From Dehalococcoidia bacterium (lineage in GTDB: Bacteria; Chloroflexota; Dehalococcoidia; Bin125): DNA of 64,000 bases. The notes below the pieces were generated by a model, which saw only the letters and a list, made by a program, of their open reading frames with translations, searched no databases and was not told where the DNA came from. The stretch spans positions 32,001 to 96,000 of the forward strand of contig CAXXRD010000004.1 in assembly GCA_963663895.2 (NCBI GenBank), written 5' to 3'. Shown piece by piece: positions 50,682 to 59,060 of this stretch. Each line of letters begins with the position of its first letter. Positions within the stretch are counted from its first letter, which is position 1. Made by a program: the position numbers and the translations under genes.

Positions 50682-51275
50682 CTAGTGCGCGTCTTCCTCC
50701 AAGGAACTCTTGCCAAGGCCGAGCTTGAGGCGCAGGAAGTACAACCCGATTCCAAAGACGGCGACGGCGAGCGCGATCAGGACGGTCCAGAGCACGAGCG
50801 ACTCTCGGCCGCGTGGCTCACCGGCGGCGGCTTCGAGCGGCTCCGCTTCATCCACCTCGGCCCCGGGGGCGATGGCGAACGAGAAGGTGTCGCTGAACTC
50901 CTCGCCCGTGCGGTCGCGCACGGTCCATTGCACCGAGACGAGGCCTTCCTCGGGCAGATGATCGGCGTGGATCAGCAGCGTGCGGTCGCTATAGCCGGAC
51001 ACCTCGACGCGTGCGCCCTCGATCGGACGCCCCGTCTCGCCGTCCAAGACGACGGCGCTGTTGACGCCCCGCTCCAGCAGCAGGGGCTCATCGAAGGTGA
51101 TGCGGATGGCCTCGTGCAGTTCACCGACCTCGGCGCCCGCGCGGGGGTCGGTCTCGACGGGCTCCAACGCCGCGGCGCCCGCCCCGGCGGCGAGCAGCCC
51201 CGTGCCCACCACCAGCAGCAACAGCGCCAGGGCGAGCAGGAATCGCGATGCGGGCAGGAGAAGCCGCTGTGTCAT
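50682..51275 (-). CDS. CopC-like Ig-fold membrane-anchored protein
   Basis: Signal peptide, ETDP...IRITFDEPL, VSVQWTV...FSFAI and a C-terminal TM segment. Confidence 0.65.
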   Translation of the reverse strand: MTQRLLLPASRFLLALALLLLVVGTGLLAAGAGAAALEPVETDPRAGAEVGELHEAIRITFDEPLLLERGVNSAVVLDGETGRPIEGARVEVSGYSDRTLLIHADHLPEEGLVSVQWTVRDRTGEEFSDTFSFAIAPGAEVDEAEPLEAAAGEPRGRESLVLWTVLIALAVAVFGIGLYFLRLKLGLGKSSLEEDAH

Positions 51276-51425
51276 CGCCAGTCATGCTAGGAAACCCAGG
51301 GCCGCCCGGGCAAACCCCGGCGGCCCCGCCCATACGCGTGCGTGGACAGGCCGGCGGCGGCATCGATATCGTGACCGTGGAGGAGGCGGGGAAAACAGCC
51401 GCGCAAGGCCCGGAACGGACGTGCC

Positions 51426-53801
51426 GTGGGGAATGGATGTCGAATTCCGCTCGCCGGCGCGGTGCTGCTCGCGGCGATCGTGGGAGCCGCCTGCGGAGGC
51501 GACGGGCAAGAGCGCGTCCCGGCCGCGGCTGAGCGGACGCCCGACCTCCCGGCAGCGGACGGCCGGGGGCCGGCCGGGGAGAGCGTGCCGGCGCCGGCCC
51601 CCGATCGCGCGGTCCAGGAGATCGACGCGGCGCGGCGGCTGATCGAACAGGCCGACGCCTTGGAGCACGACGGCTTCTGGGAGGCCGCGGCCGAGACGCG
51701 GGGCCGCGTCGCGCAGGGCGATCTCGGGCCGGCGCTGCCCGCCGGCGAGCGCCAGCGCGCACAGCTGGCGCAGGTGCGGCTGCTGCTGCGCCTCGGCCGC
51801 GCGGGCGACGCCCTGGTCCTGATCGAATCGCTGGACCGGAACGGCTTCGAGGCGTCGAATGGGCGCACGCTCGATCTGCTGACGGCGCGGGCGGCGACAG
51901 CCGTGGACGAGCGGACATCCGCCATCGACGCGCTCTCGCGCTATCTGGCGGCCGACGGCGCGGCGGCCGTCACGGCGCTCCTGATGCGCGCGCGGCTCCT
52001 CACCGGCGCTCAGCGCATGGAAGAAGCGGAGGCGGACCTGCGCGCGGCGATCGACCACGCCGCCGCTCTCCACGACCAGATCGCCGGCGCCCGCGTCGAA
52101 CTGGGCGCGCTGCTGGAGGGGCAGGCGCGCTACGAGGAAGCGAAGGCGCAGTACCGCGCCCTGCTGGCCGCCGCGCCCTGGTACGAAGCGATCGCGCTCC
52201 ACCGGCTGGGCGCGATCGCTTGGGCGCTCGGCGACCCGCTCGGCGCGGAGCAGTCGTGGATCCCGCTGATGCGGGACCACCCGCGCCATTGGCGATCGAG
52301 CGACGCCCTCTCCCAGCTCACCGACGGCGGCTGGGCCGTCAACCCCGTGCTGCGCGGCCTCGTTCTCTACAGGCATGCGCGCTACGACGAGGCGGCCGAG
52401 GCGCTGCGCGTCTTCCTCGAAACCGACCCTCCCGCGGCGGAGCGGCACGGCGCGGCCTACTACCTCGCGGCGATCGCGGAAGACCAAGGGCGGAGCCGCG
52501 AGGCGATCGCCGGATACCTGCGCGCGGTGGCGGCCGACGAGGGCGGGGAGCTGGCCGACGACGCCCTCTGGTGGGCCGCCCGCCTCGCCGAAGAGCTGGG
52601 AGAGCCCGCAGCCGCCATCCAGCACTACGATCGCCTGGCCGACGGCTACGCCGAATCGCCCTTCGCGGCGGACGCCCGCTTCCTGGCGGGGCTGGCTTCC
52701 TTTACAAATGGAGACATAACGGGTGCCCGGGAGCGCTTTGCCCGGCTGAGCGGAGAGGAGCGCGCCGCCGACGCGCAGCGCGGACTGCTGTGGAGCGGCA
52801 AGAGCCTCGCCCTGCTCGACGAGCCGGAGCGGGCCGCCATCGCCTACGCCCGAGCGATGACGCGCGATCCCTACTCGTACTACGGCCTGCGGGCGGCGGC
52901 GCTGCTGGCGGATCGGGTGGACCAGGCAACGGATCAGATCCGGGAGACGCCGGCCAGCGCGCCCTTTGCGCCGGACGGCCCCCGGCTGCGCGACGGCGGC
53001 GGCGCGATCGCCTGGCTCGCCGCGGCGCCGGGCCCGGCCGCCCCGCGGCGCGGCGCCGTGATCGTGCGCTCCCAGGACTGGCGGGCGGCGCAGGAGCTGC
53101 ACGGAGCGGGGCTGCGCGTCCAGGCGGACGCCCGCTTCCGCGCGCTGATCGACGCCTACCGGGCCGAGCCCTGGCTCCTGTACGTGCTGGGGCGCCACTT
53201 CGAGGCGCTGCGGCTCCCCCACCTGCGGATCGAGGCGGCGGAGGCGCTGCTGGCGCCGCTCGGCGATCAGGAGCGCGCCGCCGCGCCGCCGGAGATCCTG
53301 GCCTGGGCCTACCCAACCGGCTGGCGGTCGCTGGCCGTCCACGAAACGGAGGGGAACGCCTTCGACGAGCTCCTGCTCTACGCCCTGATCCGGCAGGAGA
53401 GCCGCTTCAACCCGGACGCGGGATCGCCGGCCGGCGCGCTGGGCCTCATGCAGGTGATCGGGCCGACCGGCATCTGGATAGCGGAGCGGCTCGGCGACGG
53501 CGCCTTCCACACGGCCGATCTCTTCCGGCCGCACCTCTCCATCCGCTACGGCGCCTTCTACCTGGGCGTGCAGCTGGAGACATTCCAGCATGCGCTGCCG
53601 CCGGCGCTGGCGGCCTACAACGCCGGCCCCGGCAACGCGATCCGCTGGTCGGGCGACGATCCGGGCATCGACCCCGACCTCTTCTTCGAGCGGATCAGCT
53701 TCGCCGAGACTCGCCTGTACCTAGAAGCGGTGCTCGAGAACTACGCCTGGTACCGCTTCCTCTACGCGAACGCCCCCGCGCCCAGCCTGACGGGGACCTG
53801 A
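51426..53801 (+). CDS. TPR-repeat lytic transglycosylase (Slt-type) lipoprotein
   Basis: Lipobox-like VGAAC, TPR-like helices, and ALIRQESRF, GALGLMQV and AAYNAGPG SLT motifs. Confidence 0.92.
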   Translation: MGNGCRIPLAGAVLLAAIVGAACGGDGQERVPAAAERTPDLPAADGRGPAGESVPAPAPDRAVQEIDAARRLIEQADALEHDGFWEAAAETRGRVAQGDLGPALPAGERQRAQLAQVRLLLRLGRAGDALVLIESLDRNGFEASNGRTLDLLTARAATAVDERTSAIDALSRYLAADGAAAVTALLMRARLLTGAQRMEEAEADLRAAIDHAAALHDQIAGARVELGALLEGQARYEEAKAQYRALLAAAPWYEAIALHRLGAIAWALGDPLGAEQSWIPLMRDHPRHWRSSDALSQLTDGGWAVNPVLRGLVLYRHARYDEAAEALRVFLETDPPAAERHGAAYYLAAIAEDQGRSREAIAGYLRAVAADEGGELADDALWWAARLAEELGEPAAAIQHYDRLADGYAESPFAADARFLAGLASFTNGDITGARERFARLSGEERAADAQRGLLWSGKSLALLDEPERAAIAYARAMTRDPYSYYGLRAAALLADRVDQATDQIRETPASAPFAPDGPRLRDGGGAIAWLAAAPGPAAPRRGAVIVRSQDWRAAQELHGAGLRVQADARFRALIDAYRAEPWLLYVLGRHFEALRLPHLRIEAAEALLAPLGDQERAAAPPEILAWAYPTGWRSLAVHETEGNAFDELLLYALIRQESRFNPDAGSPAGALGLMQVIGPTGIWIAERLGDGAFHTADLFRPHLSIRYGAFYLGVQLETFQHALPPALAAYNAGPGNAIRWSGDDPGIDPDLFFERISFAETRLYLEAVLENYAWYRFLYANAPAPSLTGT

Positions 53802-53815
53802 GGGCGAACTCTGAG

Positions 53816-53833
53816 GCCTCTATTCGTAGAGGC
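53816..53833 (+). terminator. Hairpin with UUCG loop after slt
   Basis: gcctcta-ttcg-tagaggc. No U-tract. Confidence 0.45.
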
Positions 53834-53937
53834 GGCGCGAATTCGGCGAGAACGTGGGGCGGCTGGATAATAATGCAGGGGGATAGATGCGAAAGCGAGT
53901 GCCGGACGATAGCTTATATTCCGTTCTAGGAGGTACC

Positions 53938-54978
53938 TTGCCACTGCCCACGGACGAGGCCCAGCCGCTCTACAGCACCGAGTTGGGTCTTATGTTCCAC
54001 GATAGCTGTGAATCAGCCTTGGCCCGACACCCCCTCACGGAATTGCAGGGCCGCGTTCATCTCCTCTTCACATCCCCTCCTTTCCCCCTCAACACCAAGA
54101 AACGTTATGGCAACCGCACCGGTGATGACTACCTGCGTTGGCTCGCCAGTCTCGCTCCCCTTCTAAGTTCGTTGCTTCGTCCTGACGGCTCATTGGTCAT
54201 CGAGATAGGCAACGCATGGGAGGCGGGGCGTCCGATTATGTCGACACTCCCGCACAGGGCTCTTCTCAGCTTCCAGGAAGCGTCGGGGCTCCACCTCTGT
54301 CAGGAATTCATTGCGTTTAATCCTGCTCGCCTGCCCTCGCCTGTCCAGTGGGTGAACGTTGAGCGAATCCGAGTCAAGGATGCATTTACCAGAGTCTGGT
54401 GGCTCTCCCCGACTGACAGACCTAAGGCCGATAATCGCAAAATCCTCACGGCCTATAGTAAAAGTATGCAAAAATTGCTCTCCCGCGGCACGTACAACCC
54501 CGGGAAGCGCCCCTCCGCGCACGATATCGGCACCACGTCGTTTCTCAGTGATAACGGCGGGGCAGTCCCACCAAATGTATTGGTTCCAAGCGCTGCCGAT
54601 GTGCTTGAAGAGGACGCATTAAGCGAAGAGGATGTTATCTCTAATCTGATACCCGTCTCGAATACATCCTCGCAGGATTCCTATCTGGAGCACTGCCGGA
54701 CTGAAGGGATTGATCCGCATCCTGCCCGAATGCCGGTAAAACTTGTTGAGTTTTTTGTCGAATTCCTCACCGATCCCGGAGACATCATCGTGGACCCTTT
54801 CGCAGGCTCAAACACCACAGGGGCAGTCTCGGAGCGGCTCGGGCGCAAATGGATCAGTGTCGAGGCGGATGCTGAATTCGCCTCGACATCATCAGCCAGG
54901 TTTCCATCGGTTGAGACCAGCGACCGGCAACACGAGAGTTTCGAGAAGATCTTCGCTATCGATCTGTCCGCTGGTTGA
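53938..54978 (+). CDS. Beta-class N4-cytosine DNA methyltransferase, M.PvuII-like
   Basis: TSPPF (motif IV) precedes DPFAGSNTTG (motif I). FNPARLPSPVQWVNVERIRVKDA, DNGGAVPPN and HPARMP recall M.PvuII segments. An AGGAGG RBS precedes TTG 53938 (the ORF track starts at 53887). Confidence 0.92.
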   Translation: MPLPTDEAQPLYSTELGLMFHDSCESALARHPLTELQGRVHLLFTSPPFPLNTKKRYGNRTGDDYLRWLASLAPLLSSLLRPDGSLVIEIGNAWEAGRPIMSTLPHRALLSFQEASGLHLCQEFIAFNPARLPSPVQWVNVERIRVKDAFTRVWWLSPTDRPKADNRKILTAYSKSMQKLLSRGTYNPGKRPSAHDIGTTSFLSDNGGAVPPNVLVPSAADVLEEDALSEEDVISNLIPVSNTSSQDSYLEHCRTEGIDPHPARMPVKLVEFFVEFLTDPGDIIVDPFAGSNTTGAVSERLGRKWISVEADAEFASTSSARFPSVETSDRQHESFEKIFAIDLSAG

Positions 54979-55636
54979 TCACCGCGAGATCAGAATCAAA
55001 TTCTTTCTCCAAGAAGCAACTCAAATCGGTGAGAGCAGCGACGGCCTCAGGGCTGATAGGGCGCTCGCTATGCCGGAAAATGAAGGGGTCGCCTGCGCTC
55101 GCGGCCTCCGTTTCTTCAATGACTGCCCTGAAGTGCGCAAGGCGCGCACGAAGGTCATTCGCTTTGCTCCTGGCAGAAATGCCCCAAAAGGAGCATGCAT
55201 CGTGGAACGTGATCTCACCAGATCGGCCCTCTCGCCATTTGGTCATCGCACGAGAGTCAAGATAGCGCTGGAGGTCGGTTCCAGTGGCTCGATCAAGACC
55301 CGCCTTGCGAGGTGATGCGTCAGAACCAGCGCGCAAGAGATCGAGGGCACGACGTTCACCTGCGGCGGTGAGTCGGTACTGTTTATTCCCGACTCTCTCG
55401 ATGAGTCCACGCTTGCGGAGGGGCTTAGACCCCATGATCTCTGCGAAGACACGGTTTGAGTCGGGATAGATAGGCGTCCCCGATTCATCAAGGAACCCTC
55501 TCAACCCGAACGTTTCAGGGGAAGCCTTCCAGGCCGCGACTACCAAGTCCTCGGCCGTAAAGACCGACTTGTCTGTCTCTCGAAGTCGCCAAGCCGAGAG
55601 GATGAGCTTCTCCGCGACGCCCAAGGACCGAGGCAT
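54956..55636 (-). CDS. Uncharacterised protein with a probable N-terminal winged helix
   Basis: FTAEDLVVAAWK...FGLRGF...YPDSNRV...LRKRGLIERVGNKQYRLTAAG (wHTH wing pattern). ATG overlaps the upstream stop (TGATG). Confidence 0.8.
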   Translation of the reverse strand: MPRSLGVAEKLILSAWRLRETDKSVFTAEDLVVAAWKASPETFGLRGFLDESGTPIYPDSNRVFAEIMGSKPLRKRGLIERVGNKQYRLTAAGERRALDLLRAGSDASPRKAGLDRATGTDLQRYLDSRAMTKWREGRSGEITFHDACSFWGISARSKANDLRARLAHFRAVIEETEAASAGDPFIFRHSERPISPEAVAALTDLSCFLEKEFDSDLAVINQRTDR

Positions 55637-57885
55637 CACATTGCCTCGGGCAAGCGGCCCTCAGTAATAAACGGTGTCAAGGCTCGTGCGGCTTTCCCTT
55701 GTACCTCGGACATCTGATCTCCCAATCGAGCCAACCAATCAGTCTGGTCCAGTAGTTCAGCATCGGGGCCGGCAAGTAGCGCTATGTAGACCATGATCTC
55801 CGTATACCGTTCGATATGGTACATGCGCCACTCTCGGCTCTCATAACCAAAGCCCCTCGATTCATCAAGGTAGAGGTCAGCAAACGGCGCTTCGCTGTTG
55901 ATCCACCAAACATTTAGCTCAACGTCGCGGGGTCGTTGATAAACCGGTGGAACATCGCGACTAAGCTGAACAGACTCACCTGTCTCCGGATCGGGGTCAA
56001 TGCCCGATATCAAGATCTTGGGGAACCCTTGCCTGCGGTCCTTCTCGGTTGATTCAACAACAGTCACCAGACTGGGAGCGGCCGCACATCGATCGTCAGC
56101 TGCGACGATCTCGGTCTCCCCGACCTCTCTGCCCCACACCAACCCTGCCGCGCTCACACTTGCGACAGCAGGGTTCGCCTCATTCCAAATCAAGTAGATA
56201 TCGCTCGTCGACCGGCCACCGCCCCGCAGCGTACACATCGCACTCAAGGAAGAGCGCGACCCTACAGCAACGCTCATAGTGCGGGGAACAACCTCCATGT
56301 CCTGGATATCAACGACTTCAAGAGTAACCTGTTCGCTCGTAAGTTTTCGATCGCGAGTCTCGGCCCAAATCTTCGTGACCCCCGGCGCGAAAGTATTTAT
56401 TACGTTAAGATCTTCGTCGACCAGAGCAACATTGGTGTCATCGACTTGCCAGTCAAATGGGGTTGGTTGAATGCGTCGCTCTTCCTGGAAGAAGCGGATA
56501 TTAGGTCGGAAGGACACGCCAACACCCGCATGGGCATGGCTCAAGCTCAGCTCGATTCGTGTAGGAGTACCTCTTGGCAACGGGGGGACTGGGTCACCTC
56601 CTCCCCTTAGGCCACCCCACAATGTCGTGAAATGACGCGACATGAACTGATTCTTCCATTGATCCAGCGCCTCGTTAATGCGACTGAGTTCACTCTGCCC
56701 TTGTTGGGTCCTATCTCTGCGCTCTCGTTGTTCCCAATCTCGACAGAAGTTCGAGAATTGTTCGGCAACCCAAGATTCCACAGCCCGAGTCAGCGGACTC
56801 TCCGCCAAGTTGGTGCGGGCGTTTGTCTTAAAGTCTGCCAAACTCTTTAGTTGGCACTCTCCATATACCTTCCACAGGTATGAGGACTGGAGATTCAGTG
56901 CCTCAACTGGTGTGAAGCCAAGAAAATCATCGTCGGCAAAGTAGGTAATGCTATGGCGGTGTCGGTGACTACGCGTCATTCGGACTTCGGAAGTTCTGAG
57001 GATAAGCCGTCCCTTCTCGTCCCCTGGCGTAACTGCCTGAATGACATCGGTGGTGAGAGGATCTAGTAGCTCGTCGGGAATCGGTATTTCAACCGGCTCG
57101 GGAAATTCGGAGGATGGAGGGATCGTTTCATGGGCGAGCGGTCCTCCACCGACGATCCTGCCTCTTTCCATGACGTACACGTGGCAGAGTTCAACGGCAC
57201 GTGTCGTCTGTGGGTGATTCTTGATGGACTGCACAAGCTCCTGGACAGGGATTCTCCGGCTATAGCCCTTTGGCTCTCGCCCCATCACGAGGGTGAAGCC
57301 ATTAGCGATCTCGAAGGCAGCACGAGCATTGTCGGGCAAGCCTGCGAACGTGACTCCCAGATCCCGGAGTGCATCCTCTAACTCAGCTTGCCGATCTGCG
57401 ACAGGGTATCCCCGGCTCTGTGCAGCATCCGGGATGTATCCAAATTGGAACGAGTTCGCCGCGACCCCGTATCTACTACCTCCACCCTCACTCACCGTCC
57501 GTATCTCCGCATGCTCACTGAACATCATGCTCATGTAGCACTTACCACCATTGCCATGCCCACCCTGAACCTGGATTCCAGGTGCATTCCGTGTTGCCGC
57601 GTCCGGATCAGCCCAGACCCGGAAGTTGCCCTCTATGGTCGCAGGGGTCATTCCGCCAAAGTCGAGCACACCGATCCCCTTGCCCCGCCTGCGAGTGCCC
57701 TGATCGAAGATGACAACGATGACGCGATCGGAAGGGGCAGTATTTCTCCGCGCGTATTCGTCAGACGAATTCTTAACCCACTCGGGGAGGCCGCCTTCGT
57801 GCGACTGAAATTCGGAGCAGATCAGCCTGACCGCCCCTTCCTTGTGGACATCTAGGACTTCGTCAGGCGTGTACTTGAATGCCAT
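55636..57885 (-). CDS. GHKL (MORC/MutL/Hsp90-like) ATPase with two Ig-like (Big_2-type) domains
   Basis: N-box EWVKNSSDE, G1 VLDFGGM, G2 GGHGNGGK, G3-like GFTLV; then WQVDDTNVALVD...APGVTKIWA and WNEANPAVASVSAAGLVWGREVGETEIVA. No signal peptide. Confidence 0.8.
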   Translation of the reverse strand: MAFKYTPDEVLDVHKEGAVRLICSEFQSHEGGLPEWVKNSSDEYARRNTAPSDRVIVVIFDQGTRRRGKGIGVLDFGGMTPATIEGNFRVWADPDAATRNAPGIQVQGGHGNGGKCYMSMMFSEHAEIRTVSEGGGSRYGVAANSFQFGYIPDAAQSRGYPVADRQAELEDALRDLGVTFAGLPDNARAAFEIANGFTLVMGREPKGYSRRIPVQELVQSIKNHPQTTRAVELCHVYVMERGRIVGGGPLAHETIPPSSEFPEPVEIPIPDELLDPLTTDVIQAVTPGDEKGRLILRTSEVRMTRSHRHRHSITYFADDDFLGFTPVEALNLQSSYLWKVYGECQLKSLADFKTNARTNLAESPLTRAVESWVAEQFSNFCRDWEQRERRDRTQQGQSELSRINEALDQWKNQFMSRHFTTLWGGLRGGGDPVPPLPRGTPTRIELSLSHAHAGVGVSFRPNIRFFQEERRIQPTPFDWQVDDTNVALVDEDLNVINTFAPGVTKIWAETRDRKLTSEQVTLEVVDIQDMEVVPRTMSVAVGSRSSLSAMCTLRGGGRSTSDIYLIWNEANPAVASVSAAGLVWGREVGETEIVAADDRCAAAPSLVTVVESTEKDRRQGFPKILISGIDPDPETGESVQLSRDVPPVYQRPRDVELNVWWINSEAPFADLYLDESRGFGYESREWRMYHIERYTEIMVYIALLAGPDAELLDQTDWLARLGDQMSEVQGKAARALTPFITEGRLPEAM

Positions 57886-58176
57886 CGTTGCTCTTCACAC
57901 TCGCTGGGCGTCTCGTCCAGTGAGGGGGATGATAGCGGGCCTACCCAAACAATTTCTCACGTGTGGTGGTCGGGGAGGAGGGAACCGTGCTGGGTCACTC
58001 GCTGTGCTTACCGATAGCAGAGGTAGACAGACGGATAGCTGGCTTCGGAGTGCTCGCGATCGTGGAGCGCACGCCGAGGCAGCGCAGACGCTCGCCCAGC
58101 CAATGTACGTCACTGGAGAAGCCGTCGGGACCTCCCCGAGCTCATCGGCCAGCGGTCTAAGGCGTGACGGGCGCGA

Positions 58177-58206
58177 TTGACCCCGTTTCGGCGCGGGTGC
58201 GATACT
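58177..58206 (+). promoter_or_regulatory. Probable sigma70 promoter of the rpmH operon
   Basis: TTGACC-N18-GATACT with a TG extended -10. Confidence 0.55.
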
Positions 58207-58256
58207 GCGGGAAATAAGCCCCGGCCGCCCCGAGGCGGCCGAAGACGACCATAACC

Positions 58257-58394
58257 ATGCCCAAGCGAACCTACCAACCCAAGCGGAAACGGAGAAAGCG
58301 CGTACACGGATTCCGGGCCAGGATGGCAACCAAGGGCGGCTGCGCCGTGCTCAAGCGCCGCCGCCGCCGCGGGCGCCATCGGCTGACCGTCTAA
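58257..58394 (+). CDS. rpmH: 50S ribosomal protein L34
   Basis: Manual translation: [45 protein letters not shown]. Below the ORF-track cutoff. Confidence 0.97.
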   Translation: MPKRTYQPKRKRRKRVHGFRARMATKGGCAVLKRRRRRGRHRLTV

Positions 58395-58440
58395 GTCATT
58401 CGAGCGCGGGCCGGCATCAGCGCCCCTGCCTCCTTCCCGT

Positions 58441-58770
58441 ATGCGTCGCCAGCAACGGTTGCGTCACCGGCGGGAGTTCGCGGCTGCCTACCGCAGCGGA
58501 GCGGTCTTTCGCAGCCGGCTGCTCGTCCTGCGCGTGCGCGCCAATCCGGACGTGGACGGTCCGCGATTCGGCTTCGCGGCGGGCAAGCGGCTGGGAAGCG
58601 CCGTGGTGCGGAACCGGCTGAAACGGCGCCTGCGGGCGGCGGCCCGCGGGAGCGGAGCGCGAGGAGGAGCGGACGTGGTCGTCATCGCGCGCCCGGCGGC
58701 GCTGCGGGCGTCCTACCAGGAGATCGAAGGGGAGCTGGGCCTGCTGCTCGGCCAAGCCAAGCTCCTGTGA
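58441..58770 (+). CDS. rnpA: Ribonuclease P protein component
   Basis: [32 protein letters not shown] and DVVVIAR. Confidence 0.95.
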   Translation: MRRQQRLRHRREFAAAYRSGAVFRSRLLVLRVRANPDVDGPRFGFAAGKRLGSAVVRNRLKRRLRAAARGSGARGGADVVVIARPAALRASYQEIEGELGLLLGQAKLL

Positions 58771-59060
58771 GGCCTGCGGCAGCGCCGAAGCAGCTTGCGA
58801 TCGCGCTGATCCGGGGCTACCAGCGCTGCCTGTCGCCGCTGCTGCCGCCGAGTTGCCGCTTCGAACCGTCTTGCTCCCAGTACGGCGTCGAGGCCTTGCG
58901 GGAACGGGGGCTGCTCAGGGGCTCGCTCCAGACCGGCTGGCGGCTGCTGCGCTGCAATCCGCTCAACGGCGGCGGGTACGACCCGGTCCGCCCGCCTGCC
59001 GGGACGGCCGGTACCGGACACGACGGAGCCGCCGGGAAAACCGAAGTGCTGGAACGATGA
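58767..59060 (+). CDS. yidD: Membrane protein insertion efficiency factor YidD
   Basis: YQRCLSP...[10 protein letters not shown]...RLLRCNP...GGYDPV. Confidence 0.95.
   Translation: MRPAAAPKQLAIALIRGYQRCLSPLLPPSCRFEPSCSQYGVEALRERGLLRGSLQTGWRLLRCNPLNGGGYDPVRPPAGTAGTGHDGAAGKTEVLER

Larger units (their letters stand above)
53802..58170. mobile_element. Lower-GC genomic islet (three genes; no mobility gene seen)
   Basis: Abrupt composition change: line 56341-56400 has 31/60 G+C versus 49/60 at 53041-53100. AT-ending codons are frequent. Boundaries approximate. Confidence 0.7.

Noticed and set aside
53790-58135. GGGACCT direct repeat as island att sites
   Set aside because: Only 7 bp, expected by chance in GC-rich DNA.
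57840-58256. oriC/DnaA-box cluster next to rpmH
   Set aside because: No convincing TTATCCACA matches and no dnaA in the window.
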